Positions 1-9,574 of a stretch of 64,000 nt of DNA are shown here, piece after piece (the stretch's first letter is position 1; every line of letters starts with the position of its first letter). The stretch spans positions 257,515 to 321,514 of the forward strand of contig JBBTZT010000003.1 in assembly GCA_038061225.1 (NCBI GenBank), given 5' to 3'. The notes below the pieces were generated by a model. It was not told the DNA's origin. It worked only from the letters and a program-made list of their open reading frames with translations, and made no database searches. The stretch comes from Patescibacteria group bacterium (GTDB lineage: Bacteria; Patescibacteriota; Microgenomatia; UBA8517). The position numbers were made by a program, and so were the translations under genes.

Positions 1-1
1 A

Positions 2-871
2 GATGAAACCAGAAGACAATTTCATTTAAAATTATGGAATATATATAACTTTTTTATTACATATGCCAATATGGATGCATGGCGTCCAGTACAAAGTACA
101 AAGTACAAAGTACAAAGTACTGATATCTTAGATAAATGGATACGGATACGATTAAATGAAACAATAAAAATTGTTACAGATAGTTTAGAAAAATTTGATC
201 CATATGCTTCAAGCAACGCGATTTATCAATTTGTTGATGATTTGTCCGTTTGGTATATTAGAAGATCAAGAGAAAGAAGAAACAATGATTTCTATCAGAC
301 TACATACTATGTGCTACTTACCACAAGCAAACTATTGGCTCCATTTACACCATTTATTTCTGAAATCATATATAAAAATTTAACAAAAGAAGAAAGTGTA
401 CATTTAGTAAGTTGGCCTCATACGAAGATATTAAGTGAGAATGATACAAAGATATTAAATGAAATGAAAATAGTTAGAGAAATTGTTGAGCGTGGCCACG
501 CTTTGAGAAAGGAAAATAATGTTCCTGTTAGACAACCTTTGTCAAAATTACAAATTACAAATACCAAATTTCAAATTGACCAATTAGAACAGATACTTCT
601 GGACGAACTAAATCTTAAATCTATAAAATATGATCAAAAAGAAAATAAATTAGATCTAGAAATAACACCAGAATTAAAAGAAGAAGCTGATACTAGGGAT
701 TTGGTTAGAAAAATACAAAATGCAAGGAAAGAAATAGGAGTTACACTTAATCAAAAAATAGTTGTTACTAACTCATGGTATCCATATAACAAAAAGTTAA
801 TTGAATTTTTAAAAAACAAGACTTTAGCTGTAGAATTAAAAACAGGTGAATTTAACGTAAATGAAGTTTGA
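2..871 (+). CDS. ileS: Isoleucyl-tRNA synthetase (type 2), C-terminal part; 5' end outside window
   Basis: Frame open from position 2 (DETRRQFHLKLWNIYNFFITYAN); motifs DLSVWYIRRSR, LAPFTPFISE, SVHLVSWP, VRQPL, RDLVRKIQNARK of the IleRS anticodon-binding domain. Confidence 0.92.
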   Translation, partial: DETRRQFHLKLWNIYNFFITYANMDAWRPVQSTKYKVQSTDILDKWIRIRLNETIKIVTDSLEKFDPYASSNAIYQFVDDLSVWYIRRSRERRNNDFYQTTYYVLLTTSKLLAPFTPFISEIIYKNLTKEESVHLVSWPHTKILSENDTKILNEMKIVREIVERGHALRKENNVPVRQPLSKLQITNTKFQIDQLEQILLDELNLKSIKYDQKENKLDLEITPELKEEADTRDLVRKIQNARKEIGVTLNQKIVVTNSWYPYNKKLIEFLKNKTLAVELKTGEFNVNEV

Positions 872-1892
872 TGCATTTTTTCACATACCAATATTTTTAC
901 TTCTATTTTTTGGTTTTTTTATACTGAATTCTATTGCTCCATCTCTTTTTCCATCGTATTACTGGTATTTTGGTTTAAGTATTGTTGCATTTTTCTTTTT
1001 TTCTCTTTTTGATTTTGAAATTATTTCATCCTTTTCTAGATTTTTTTATATTATTAGTATTGTTTTACTTTTAATAACTTTAGTTATTGGTCAAGTTACA
1101 AGAGGAACTGTTCGCTGGATTCCGATTGGCTCAATTTCGCTACAACCATCAGAAATAGTAAGACCATTTTTACTTATCTTTTTTGCAAATTTTATTGCGG
1201 AGAAAAAATTTAATTTTAAAAGACTAATACAAATTTTATTATTAATGGCCTTGCCATTATTTTTAATTTTAATTCAGCCCTCACTTGGAGTTACTGCCCT
1301 CACCGCTATTGGTTTTTTTGGCCTATTTCTTGCAAGCGAGATTGAAAAGAAATATTTTTTGTATCTTATTCTAATAGCTAGTATTCTAGTGCCTAGTGCC
1401 TTTTTCTTTTTAGCTCCATATCAAAAAAATAGAATCACAACATTTTTAAATCCTTCAAGAGATCCGTTGGGGGCAGGGTATAATGCAATTCAATCAACTA
1501 TTTCAGTCGGTTCTGGAATGATGCTAGGAAGGGGCTTGGGAAAAGGAGTGGGAACTCAACTATCATTTCTTCCTGAACGTCATACTGATTTTATTTTTGC
1601 CTCTGTTGCTGAAGAAATGGGTTTTTTAGGAGCTGTAGTTTTACTTATTTTAACTTTATTTTTATTATATAGAATAATTTACTATTCAGAAAATTCAATT
1701 AATATTTCTGCTAGAATTTTTCTTTCTGGGCTTTTTTTGACTTTGTTTGTACAAACAGTAATTCATGTGGGTATGAATATGGGACTATTTCCAATTACAG
1801 GTGTTCCATATCCATTAGTTTCTGCAGGCGGTTCATCCCTTCTTGCTACTATGACTTCACTTGGTATTGTAATGGGGACAAAAAGAAGTTAA
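861..1892 (+). CDS. rodA: SEDS family peptidoglycan glycosyltransferase RodA/FtsW
   Basis: Polytopic membrane protein; RWI..G.ISLQPSE, FLPERHTDFIF, EEMG, P.TGVPYPLVSAGGSS motifs. Confidence 0.88.
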   Translation: MKFDAFFHIPIFLLLFFGFFILNSIAPSLFPSYYWYFGLSIVAFFFFSLFDFEIISSFSRFFYIISIVLLLITLVIGQVTRGTVRWIPIGSISLQPSEIVRPFLLIFFANFIAEKKFNFKRLIQILLLMALPLFLILIQPSLGVTALTAIGFFGLFLASEIEKKYFLYLILIASILVPSAFFFLAPYQKNRITTFLNPSRDPLGAGYNAIQSTISVGSGMMLGRGLGKGVGTQLSFLPERHTDFIFASVAEEMGFLGAVVLLILTLFLLYRIIYYSENSINISARIFLSGLFLTLFVQTVIHVGMNMGLFPITGVPYPLVSAGGSSLLATMTSLGIVMGTKRS

Positions 1893-1902
1893 AATACGCT
1901 CT

Positions 1903-2214
1903 ATGGATAAATTTGCAGTAATTAGAATTGGTGGAAAACAATATAGAGTTACTGAGGGCGAAGAAATTTTAGTTGACAAGTTGTCAGACTTAAAGAAAAT
2001 CACTCCAGAAGTTTTACTTTTTGTTGATGGTGATAAAGTAGAAGTAGGAACTCCTGTACTTACAAAAATAAAGGTTAAAATAAAAGTTATAACAGAAGTT
2101 GAAAAAGGAGAAAAAATTAGAGTGTTCAAGTACAAAGCAAAAAGCAGAGAAAGAAGACATGTGGGTTTTAGAGCCCAATTCACAAGACTTCTAGTTGAAA
2201 AGATATCAAACTAA
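1903..2214 (+). CDS. rplU: 50S ribosomal protein L21
   Basis: AVIRIGGKQYRV...KIRVFKYKAK...GFRAQFT; upstream of rpmA. Confidence 0.95.
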   Translation: MDKFAVIRIGGKQYRVTEGEEILVDKLSDLKKITPEVLLFVDGDKVEVGTPVLTKIKVKIKVITEVEKGEKIRVFKYKAKSRERRHVGFRAQFTRLLVEKISN

Positions 2215-2267
2215 TATTTTTTGATCTATTGACAACTGTGAAAACCTAAGTTATATTCTTTTTAGTT

Positions 2268-2519
2268 ATGTCAACACACAAAGCAGCAGGAAAAGCAAAA
2301 CAACATGTATCGCCAGCCGGTAAAAGGCTTGGTACTAAAGTTACTGCTATGCAAAAAGTAGCTTCAGGTGAAATACTAGTTCGCCAAAATGGAACAAAAA
2401 TTGGAGCAGGTAAAAATGTAAAAGTTGGTAGAGATCATACTTTGTACGCGGTGGCGTCGGGTGTTGTTGGGTTTACTACCAAACTAGGAAAGAAATTAGT
2501 TAATGTTGTTAAGAATTAA
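2268..2519 (+). CDS. rpmA: 50S ribosomal protein L27
   Basis: HKAAG...KRLGTK...GEILVRQNGTK...GRDHTLYA. Confidence 0.95.
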   Translation: MSTHKAAGKAKQHVSPAGKRLGTKVTAMQKVASGEILVRQNGTKIGAGKNVKVGRDHTLYAVASGVVGFTTKLGKKLVNVVKN

Positions 2520-2580
2520 CCTAATTGCACTAATTGACCTAAATTAGAGTACTTAGAGTAATTAGAATAATTAGAAATTT
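2516..2580. repeat. Intergenic head-to-head degenerate 9-mer arrays (CTAATTGnn / TTAGAnTAn)
   Basis: ctaattgca-ctaattgac-ctaa followed by ttagagtac-ttagagtaa-ttagaataa-ttagaaatt. Confidence 0.6.
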
Positions 2581-2587
2581 TAAATAT

Positions 2588-3403
2588 ATGGCAGAAGAAG
2601 TAATACAACTTGATATAAATCAACTTCAACCAAATCCATTACAGCCACGTGGAGCTATTACTCCAGAAAGTTTAGTAGATCTTGTGGATTCTATAAGAGA
2701 ACATGGAATTTTAGAACCTTTAGTTATTGCTAAAACTCCAGCAGGATTTCAAATAATTGCAGGGGAGAGAAGATGGAGAGCAAGTAAACTTGCAGGTTTA
2801 ACCCATGTACCTGTAATTATTCGTGAGACAACTCCAAAAGGAATGCTTGAAATGGCAATTGTTGAAAACGTTCAAAGAGTTGATCTTAATGCACTTGACA
2901 GGGCCAAAGGTTTTGAAAGATTAATGGATGAGTTTGGTTTAACAACTTCAGAAGTTGCAGTTAGAATTGGAAAATCAGTTGCCTATGTTAGTAATTCTTT
3001 AAGGCTATTAACTTTACCAGATGCTTTAAAAGATGGACTTCTTTCAGGACTTATTTCTGAAGGTCATGCAAGAGCTTTAGCCGCAATCGACGATACCGAT
3101 TTGATGATTGAAGCCTATAAAATAATACTTCGTGAAAGTGGATCAGTCAGACGTGCAGAAGAATTAGCCAGAAGAATGAAAGCAGAACATAATGAAAAAA
3201 GAAAAGTCAATTTACCAAAGATGCATATAGTATCTGATGAAATAGACAAAATGAAATCTGACTTTGAGCGTGCATTAGGTGAGAAACATCAAGTAAAACT
3301 TGCAAGAAGTAGAAGAGAGACAAGGCTTACATTTATTTTAAAAGGATCACTTGATGAAACAGAAAATACACTTCAATTAATCTACAAAGCAGTAGCAAGC
3401 TAG
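2588..3403 (+). CDS. parB: ParB/Spo0J partition protein
   Basis: PNPLQPR, GILEPLVI, IIAGERRWRA, ENVQRVDLN, HTH, GHARAL. Confidence 0.95.
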   Translation: MAEEVIQLDINQLQPNPLQPRGAITPESLVDLVDSIREHGILEPLVIAKTPAGFQIIAGERRWRASKLAGLTHVPVIIRETTPKGMLEMAIVENVQRVDLNALDRAKGFERLMDEFGLTTSEVAVRIGKSVAYVSNSLRLLTLPDALKDGLLSGLISEGHARALAAIDDTDLMIEAYKIILRESGSVRRAEELARRMKAEHNEKRKVNLPKMHIVSDEIDKMKSDFERALGEKHQVKLARSRRETRLTFILKGSLDETENTLQLIYKAVAS

Positions 3404-3413
3404 TGACTAATGA

Positions 3414-3956
3414 CTAGTAGCTAGGTTTTGAAACAAAACCAGAAAGTTTCATTGGCCAATAAATAATCCAAGCTTTTCCTGTAATTACTTTTTTGGTTAT
3501 TGGTCCCCACGCTCTTGAGTCTGAAGAATGTGATCTATTATCTCCCAGTACAAAATAATTTCCGTCAGGAACTTGATATTTTTCCTCTTCAGAGAGAAAA
3601 CTTCCAGGATATGAACTCATTTTTATATAATCTTCTTTTAATTCAATATCATTAACAAAAATTCTACCATTTATTAAAGTAATAGAATCTCCAGGTAGTC
3701 CAATTATCCTTTTTATAAATTCGTCTTCAGAAATTGGAGGTTTAAAAACAACAACATCACCTCTTTTGGGATTATCTTTATAATAGCTCACCTTTTCGGT
3801 TAAAAGATATTCGCCGTCTGGGAAATTTGGTTCCATTGAAGCCCCTTTAATTTTATGTGGTCTTAAAATTAATAAATAAACAATCAAAAATATTCCAACA
3901 GCTAGGACAATAACTTCCAAAATATCCATAAAAAAAGCACCAAGACGTTTAAACAT
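3414..3956 (-). CDS. lepB: Signal peptidase I
   Basis: GASMEPN (catalytic Ser), FIKRIIGLPGD (Lys), GDNRSHSSDSR. Confidence 0.95.
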   Translation of the reverse strand: MFKRLGAFFMDILEVIVLAVGIFLIVYLLILRPHKIKGASMEPNFPDGEYLLTEKVSYYKDNPKRGDVVVFKPPISEDEFIKRIIGLPGDSITLINGRIFVNDIELKEDYIKMSSYPGSFLSEEEKYQVPDGNYFVLGDNRSHSSDSRAWGPITKKVITGKAWIIYWPMKLSGFVSKPSY

Positions 3957-3961
3957 ACTGT

Positions 3962-5029
3962 TTATAATAGTATCACATCATGAGGACCACTCTCTACCAT
4001 TCCTTGTGCTGTGATTTGCACAAATTTAGCATTTTTCCACAAAGAATTAATGTCATTTGCCCCAGAATAACTAAAACCAGATCTTATATTGGCTGTTAAT
4101 TTTTCAATTAAAGCCGACAGTGATCCTTTATATGGAACAATTGATTCAACTCCCTCAATCTGTTTTATAGAATGAGCCTCTGTATCTTTTCTGTTAAATA
4201 ATGAATTTTTCTTTTTTTCAGCTAAGGATGTAGATGCGTTATAGACTTTATATTTTTTGCTGTTTCTTTTAACAAGTTTTCCAGGAGTTTCATCACAACC
4301 GGCAAAAATACCTCCTGCCATAATAGCAGATGCACCAGCTGCTAAACCTTTAACAATATCACCTGAAGTTTTTACACCACCATCTGCAATAATAAACTTT
4401 TTGTGGAGTCTTGCTACCCTTGCTGATTCAAGAATGGCTGTAATTTGGGGAACACCTGAACCTGTTTCAATTCTTGTTGTACAAATTGACCCTGGTCCTA
4501 TCCCGACTTTGACACAATCAGCTCCTGCTTTAAAAATAGCATCAGTTGCTTCATATGTTGCAGAATTTCCTGAAACTATGTCAACACTGTTTCCAAACAT
4601 TTGTTTTAATTTAATTGTTGCATCTAAATTTTTTTGCATATGGCCATGTGCTACATCTATAAACAAAATATCAACTCCTGCTTTAACCAAGGCGCTAGCG
4701 CGTTCAACTATTCCATTTCTGGCCCCAACTGCAGCTCCAACTAATACTTTTTCTAGTTTTACTTTTTTAACTTCGTCAGCTTGTAAATCAATTGGCATAA
4801 ACCTTGGAATTACACCAAGTCCGCCCAGTTTAGCCAGTGCAATTGCCATTTTAGAATCTGTGACGTCACTCATATTTGCAGAAATAAGAGGGATGTTTAA
4901 AGTGATTCGTGGACTAATTTTGGTTTCTAGCGAAATATCATTTCTGCTATTAATATTTGAGTATTGGGGTACTAAAAGAACATCATCATAAGACAAAGCT
5001 AGCGGTATGTTATATATATTTTTTGACAC
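3962..5029 (-). CDS. guaB: IMP dehydrogenase / GMP reductase family (no CBS domains)
   Basis: LSYDDVLLVP, ANMSDVT, KVGIGPGSICTTR, IIADGG; 355 aa, so CBS-less; IMPDH vs GMPR not resolvable by eye. Confidence 0.8.
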   Translation of the reverse strand: MSKNIYNIPLALSYDDVLLVPQYSNINSRNDISLETKISPRITLNIPLISANMSDVTDSKMAIALAKLGGLGVIPRFMPIDLQADEVKKVKLEKVLVGAAVGARNGIVERASALVKAGVDILFIDVAHGHMQKNLDATIKLKQMFGNSVDIVSGNSATYEATDAIFKAGADCVKVGIGPGSICTTRIETGSGVPQITAILESARVARLHKKFIIADGGVKTSGDIVKGLAAGASAIMAGGIFAGCDETPGKLVKRNSKKYKVYNASTSLAEKKKNSLFNRKDTEAHSIKQIEGVESIVPYKGSLSALIEKLTANIRSGFSYSGANDINSLWKNAKFVQITAQGMVESGPHDVILL

Positions 5030-5115
5030 AACATGAATTACTTTAAATTAATATAGAACTCATGTCAATTCTATAAAAAACATTTCAAAAGTGGTATTAT
5101 TACTCTAATATACTG

Positions 5116-5187
5116 GGGCGCTTGGTCCAGTGGTAGGGCGCTTCGTTCACATCGAAGAGGTCGCAAGTTCAATTCTTGCAGCGCCCA
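5116..5187 (+). tRNA. tRNA-Val(CAC)
   Basis: Acceptor GGGCGCT/AGCGCCC, anticodon arm CTTCG-TTCACAT-CGAAG, T loop TTCAATT; CCA not encoded. Confidence 0.92.
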
Positions 5188-5194
5188 CAAAAAA

Positions 5195-5419
5195 ATGACT
5201 AAAAGAAAAAAAAGAGAAAAAGGAATTTTGTTAGAAGAACATCCTAATAGACCTGGGTATCCTGATCTGATTGGACACAGACAATTAAGAATAATGAAAA
5301 TGGGTGTGGTAGTTCGTGGTAAAGGTATTATTGAATCTTTGGAGAACAGATTAAAAAGATCAAAAAAAGAATTAGGTCTTGATGTAGCAGATGATAATTT
5401 TGGAGAAAGACGGATATAA
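5195..5419 (+). CDS. Small hypothetical protein directly downstream of tRNA-Val
   Basis: 74-aa basic ORF filling the gap; no recognised motif. Confidence 0.5.
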   Translation: MTKRKKREKGILLEEHPNRPGYPDLIGHRQLRIMKMGVVVRGKGIIESLENRLKRSKKELGLDVADDNFGERRI

Positions 5420-5426
5420 TTGATTA

Positions 5427-5921
5427 ATGACAAGATTGGGAATTGTAAATTTAACACAAAGTATAACTGCAATAATTGCATTTATTTTTTTGACCTTGCA
5501 AATTTATTCAAATGCAAAAATATTTAAAATTTTAACTTATTTTTTTATTTTTATTCAACCAATTTTAATAATTATTTCTATTTACTTTTTATACGCCAGA
5601 TTTGACCCTTTTTATATGTACACAGATCTTTGTCTTCTTTGTGGTAAAAAATATGAATATGATATTAATTTTTTAAGAATTGCCTTCTATGCTGTTAGCT
5701 TTGCAGTTTTTGCTCCATATTTTAAAAATATAAACAATTGGTTTAAAACAAACTGGAAGTTATTAAGATATTTATATTATCTAGGTTTTTATTCACTTTC
5801 TATTTATTTATACAACACCAGCCCATTTAGCAACTCAAAATTATTTATTATATTATTTTATCTGGCTCAGGCAGTAGTCTTATACCAATTATTATTAGTA
5901 TTAAGAAAGAAGCAAGACTAA
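5427..5921 (+). CDS. Hypothetical polytopic membrane protein
   Basis: 4-5 hydrophobic segments; TATAAT 6 nt before ATG. Confidence 0.65.
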   Translation: MTRLGIVNLTQSITAIIAFIFLTLQIYSNAKIFKILTYFFIFIQPILIIISIYFLYARFDPFYMYTDLCLLCGKKYEYDINFLRIAFYAVSFAVFAPYFKNINNWFKTNWKLLRYLYYLGFYSLSIYLYNTSPFSNSKLFIILFYLAQAVVLYQLLLVLRKKQD

Positions 5922-8067
5922 TTAAAAAGATATCTATTTTATCTAAGTGTTTAACAATTGTTTTTACAGTTTCAGTTTTTGAACCAAGAACTTCCTTTTT
6001 TTCATCTTTCTTTTCTTCTTCTTGATCCTTGTAATATACATCTTGATAGATAATATATTTTTTAAAAATATCACTACCCAAAACTTGAACGTTATTATTT
6101 TGTGTACCGTTTGCAATTGGTGGACCAGCTTTTGATAAAGTTCTAAAAGTATGTTCACTACTTATAGATACAGGAGAACCTTCTGAAATAACTCTGTAAT
6201 AATAAAGAGTGCCACTACCAAGCCCTGTAATGGTTACTGAATGAGAAGTTACTTTTGAAGACTCATTGTATGTAGCTGTTGAAAATGCATATCCATAATT
6301 AGGAGCGCTTCCCAATGAATCATGCGAGACGGTGTCGTAAATAACTCTACTTGAAGAAAGTTTATCCGTAGTCCAAGTAATTGTAGCTGTTCCATAAGTT
6401 GATGAAACACCGTTTTCACCAGAAATAGTAGCTAGTACATCAACAGTGTTTGTTGCAGTTTCGCTATTTTCTTTTGTGTAAACAATATCATAGGTATCAG
6501 TACCATCAGATAGCAAAGTCTGACTGAAAGAATTTTGAGTAACAACACCATTAACATTATATAAATAACTCTCAAGAGTGTATTCTCCCGTACTTCCCTT
6601 AACTCTTAATTTATAATTAGCTGAATTTGGTTTTTCAAATAATAAAATAGAGAGTGGCTCGCCACTTTTATTATTTGGATCAGAAATATCATTTATAGGG
6701 TCTTCAGTAAAAGATGTTGCAATAACATTACCATTTGAATCAATAAGTTCCAAAGTAATACCACTACTTGCTACAAACATCATGTATGACAAATCAGAAT
6801 GGGTTGGAGAATATGAATTAATTGCAAGAAAAGAATTACCATATGAAGTTAGATCATTCCTGTCTGCATATCCTGGATCATTTATTGCATAAACTCCATT
6901 AAACAGCTTTCCTGTTGCAACTACAAAATGCCCTTCCTCTTTTAAAATTGCAGGACGATTATTATTTAATTCATTATCAAGATTATTTTCAGTTGCTGAT
7001 AATCTTTTATATTCAAGAGTCGGGGAAGAGGGAGAATCATTATTTTTTGTATATCTTGAAATAGCTAGCCAATTAATTAAACCATTTCCAATATATCCAT
7101 CAGATTGGCTTTTTAACCAAGTGTTTAATGCATCGGGCAATATATCATGTCCATGATATTTCAAAACCATTGATGCAGAGGTTAATACACACCCCCATTG
7201 TTTTATGGTTGTAACAGTATGGTCATATAGATTACCTTGCCATGGTTCAGAGTATTGCTTTAAACTTGGAACAGATAGAATAGGAATAATTGGAGTGGGA
7301 CTTGCAGTCGACGTTGCTGTCGCGGTGGCGGTTGCTGTTGGACTGGGTGTTGGGGATGGAGTAGAACTTGCAGTGGGAGTTGGAGTAGGCGTTGGAGTAG
7401 CTGATGGTGTTGCCGTAGGACTTGCAGTTGCAGTCGGCGCCGCAGTCGCATCCATTATCTCCGTCACCACCACATTATCAAACCAAACTTGAGATGGAGA
7501 TACTGCGCCAGCACCAACTCTTAATCCTATTTTACCTTCAAGTAATGGTGAATTTGCATCAGTATAGTCGATATAGAGTACATCATCTACGTATATTTTG
7601 TAATTATTGTTATTGGCAATAATTTTTATTTTATAATTTATATTATCAACAAAATTTCCAGAATTCGCGGTTAAATTTACAGATGATCCTGGAATATGCT
7701 TCTCTAAAGAAATATCATTTGTTGTCAGATGAATTCCGTATTTTGAATTTGACGCTGTATATCTAAACATTGCATTTTTATCCACACCTTGCTTACCTAA
7801 GAGCTCAAATTCATATATATAGTTTTTCCATAAGATATTTCCAGCGACCGACTCAGCACAACAGGTTGCATAAGTTGAACCATAGCGTTTACTGCCATCA
7901 ATTGTGTTCCAATCCCATGTACCACTGGTTGGTGTCCATTGAGATGTGTTAGTTTCAAAATCTTCCTCAAATAGTGAAGCTGAAACTAAAGGTGAATTGA
8001 AAATCACAATTGATGTACAATATACTAAAATAAATACCGAAACTATTAACTTTTTATAGTTAAGCAT
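5848..8067 (-). CDS. Large membrane-anchored surface protein: lectin/DUF1080-like domain, Pro/Thr/Ser linker, C39-like cysteine peptidase, FN3-like domain, C-terminal TM
   Basis: N-terminal signal; TPTPTP linker; Q...WGCVLTSASMVL, GHFVVATG, INDP (C39-like); ITWTTD...HSVTITGL..GTLYYYRV (FN3-like). Confidence 0.75.
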   Translation of the reverse strand: MLNYKKLIVSVFILVYCTSIVIFNSPLVSASLFEEDFETNTSQWTPTSGTWDWNTIDGSKRYGSTYATCCAESVAGNILWKNYIYEFELLGKQGVDKNAMFRYTASNSKYGIHLTTNDISLEKHIPGSSVNLTANSGNFVDNINYKIKIIANNNNYKIYVDDVLYIDYTDANSPLLEGKIGLRVGAGAVSPSQVWFDNVVVTEIMDATAAPTATASPTATPSATPTPTPTPTASSTPSPTPSPTATATATATSTASPTPIIPILSVPSLKQYSEPWQGNLYDHTVTTIKQWGCVLTSASMVLKYHGHDILPDALNTWLKSQSDGYIGNGLINWLAISRYTKNNDSPSSPTLEYKRLSATENNLDNELNNNRPAILKEEGHFVVATGKLFNGVYAINDPGYADRNDLTSYGNSFLAINSYSPTHSDLSYMMFVASSGITLELIDSNGNVIATSFTEDPINDISDPNNKSGEPLSILLFEKPNSANYKLRVKGSTGEYTLESYLYNVNGVVTQNSFSQTLLSDGTDTYDIVYTKENSETATNTVDVLATISGENGVSSTYGTATITWTTDKLSSSRVIYDTVSHDSLGSAPNYGYAFSTATYNESSKVTSHSVTITGLGSGTLYYYRVISEGSPVSISSEHTFRTLSKAGPPIANGTQNNNVQVLGSDIFKKYIIYQDVYYKDQEEEKKDEKKEVLGSKTETVKTIVKHLDKIDIFLISLASFLILIIIGIRLLPEPDKII

Positions 8068-8114
8068 TACAACTATAGTATTTATATTTATTATTTCTTT
8101 GTCAATAGTTATAT

Positions 8115-8762
8115 ATGAAAATTAATCAAAACACTTCCAAATTTTGGGGTAACAAGATTTTTGAACAATTTACAACAATCATCAAAAGTCCAATATACAA
8201 ACATAAATTAAAATTAGTTTTTAACGAAATTAAAAATGGAAAAGGTAATATTTTAGATGTTGGTGTCGGTTATGGGTTTATAGAAGATTTAATAGTTAAA
8301 AATAATCTCAATTTTAATATGAGTGGGTTAGATATTTCTAAACAAATAATTATTAATGCAAATAAAAAATACAGAGGTAAATTTATAGTTGGAAATATAA
8401 CAAAAATAAAATTCATTGATAACCAATTTGATTATGTTTTAGCGTTAGATATCTTAGAACATTTATCTTCTGAGGAATTAAATAAAGGATTAGGTGAGAT
8501 ATATAGAATTATGAAAAGCAATGGTAAATTAATTATTTCAGTTCCATTAAATGAAAATGATCATGATTCAAAACAAAATCATCATATACAAAAATTTAAT
8601 CTAGAAAAAATTATTAAAACACTAAAAAAATCAAATTTTTTGGTAACAAAAAAATATGAATTAATTTCTTACAAAAAATATTATTTTTTGAAAAACGTAA
8701 TTAATAGAATAGTAAAACTGTCAAAACCAAACCTTCTTATTTTAATTTGTAAAAAGGAATGA
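8115..8762 (+). CDS. Class I SAM-dependent methyltransferase
   Basis: ILDVGVGYG, GLDIS, FDYVLALDILEHL, GKLIISVP. Confidence 0.85.
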   Translation: MKINQNTSKFWGNKIFEQFTTIIKSPIYKHKLKLVFNEIKNGKGNILDVGVGYGFIEDLIVKNNLNFNMSGLDISKQIIINANKKYRGKFIVGNITKIKFIDNQFDYVLALDILEHLSSEELNKGLGEIYRIMKSNGKLIISVPLNENDHDSKQNHHIQKFNLEKIIKTLKKSNFLVTKKYELISYKKYYFLKNVINRIVKLSKPNLLILICKKE

Positions 8763-9574
8763 AAAACAGAAATATACTTTTCATAGCAAAACAAAAATGG
8801 CCACATATTGGTGGGGTGGAAAGGCATATTGAGGGGATAGCGAATAGGTTACAGGGGACAGATAACAAAGTAACAACAGTTTCTGAAGAGGATATAAAAC
8901 CACCGCACACTAAAATTTTAGGACTTTTATATATTTGGTATTGGTTATTTAAAAACAGACATTTAATAGCCACGTCAGACGTGGTGCATATACATGATGT
9001 TTTTATTTGGTATATACCTTTTAGGTTTATTTTTCCAAAGAAAAAAGTATATATAACTTTTCATGGATGGGAGGGAAAATGGCCACTCCCGATGTGGGCA
9101 ATATTAAACAAACGCGTTGCTAACTTTTTATGTAATGGCAGTATTGCAGTTGGTATATATATTGAGAAATGGTATGGAATAAAAGCTACATACACCACAT
9201 ACGGTGGTGTAGATATAAGATGTATGATCAAAGATGTAAGAAAAACAAAAAAAACAATTGTTTTTTTAGGTCGACAAGATAATGATACTGGAATAAAAGA
9301 ATTTAAAGAATGGCTATTAAAACAAGAAGTAAAATATTCAGTTAAATATATAACTAATAGTCTATACCCTGAAAAATATTTAAAAACTGCAGAGTATTGT
9401 GTTCCATCTGGTTATTTATCTTACCTTGAAGCAAAAAGTTTTGGATGTAAAATACTAACTTTTCCAAACAACCCATTAAAAATTGATTATTGGAAAGAAA
9501 TACAAAATATTAATAAAATTCCAACTTGGTCAGAAGTAGCTGATATTTATATAAAATTATGGCAAAACAACTAG
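8759..9574 (+). CDS. Glycosyltransferase family 4-like (shortened)
   Basis: PHIGGVERH, DVVHIHD, ITFHG, IVFLGR, SYLEA. Confidence 0.8.
   Translation: MKNRNILFIAKQKWPHIGGVERHIEGIANRLQGTDNKVTTVSEEDIKPPHTKILGLLYIWYWLFKNRHLIATSDVVHIHDVFIWYIPFRFIFPKKKVYITFHGWEGKWPLPMWAILNKRVANFLCNGSIAVGIYIEKWYGIKATYTTYGGVDIRCMIKDVRKTKKTIVFLGRQDNDTGIKEFKEWLLKQEVKYSVKYITNSLYPEKYLKTAEYCVPSGYLSYLEAKSFGCKILTFPNNPLKIDYWKEIQNINKIPTWSEVADIYIKLWQNN

Noticed and set aside
4257-4991. 244-aa plus-strand ORF
   Set aside because: Antisense shadow of guaB with no independent motifs; the same applies to the other antisense ORFs over GT2, the Ig protein, dnaE, the phosphomannomutase, gpmI etc.
5071-5481. 136-aa minus-strand ORF
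   Set aside because: Overlaps tRNA-Val antisense; spurious
7205-7492. Val/Gly/Ala-rich ORF and apparent tandem repeat
   Set aside because: Reverse complement of the Pro/Thr linker codons of the 5848-8067 gene; codon-level repeat, not a separate element
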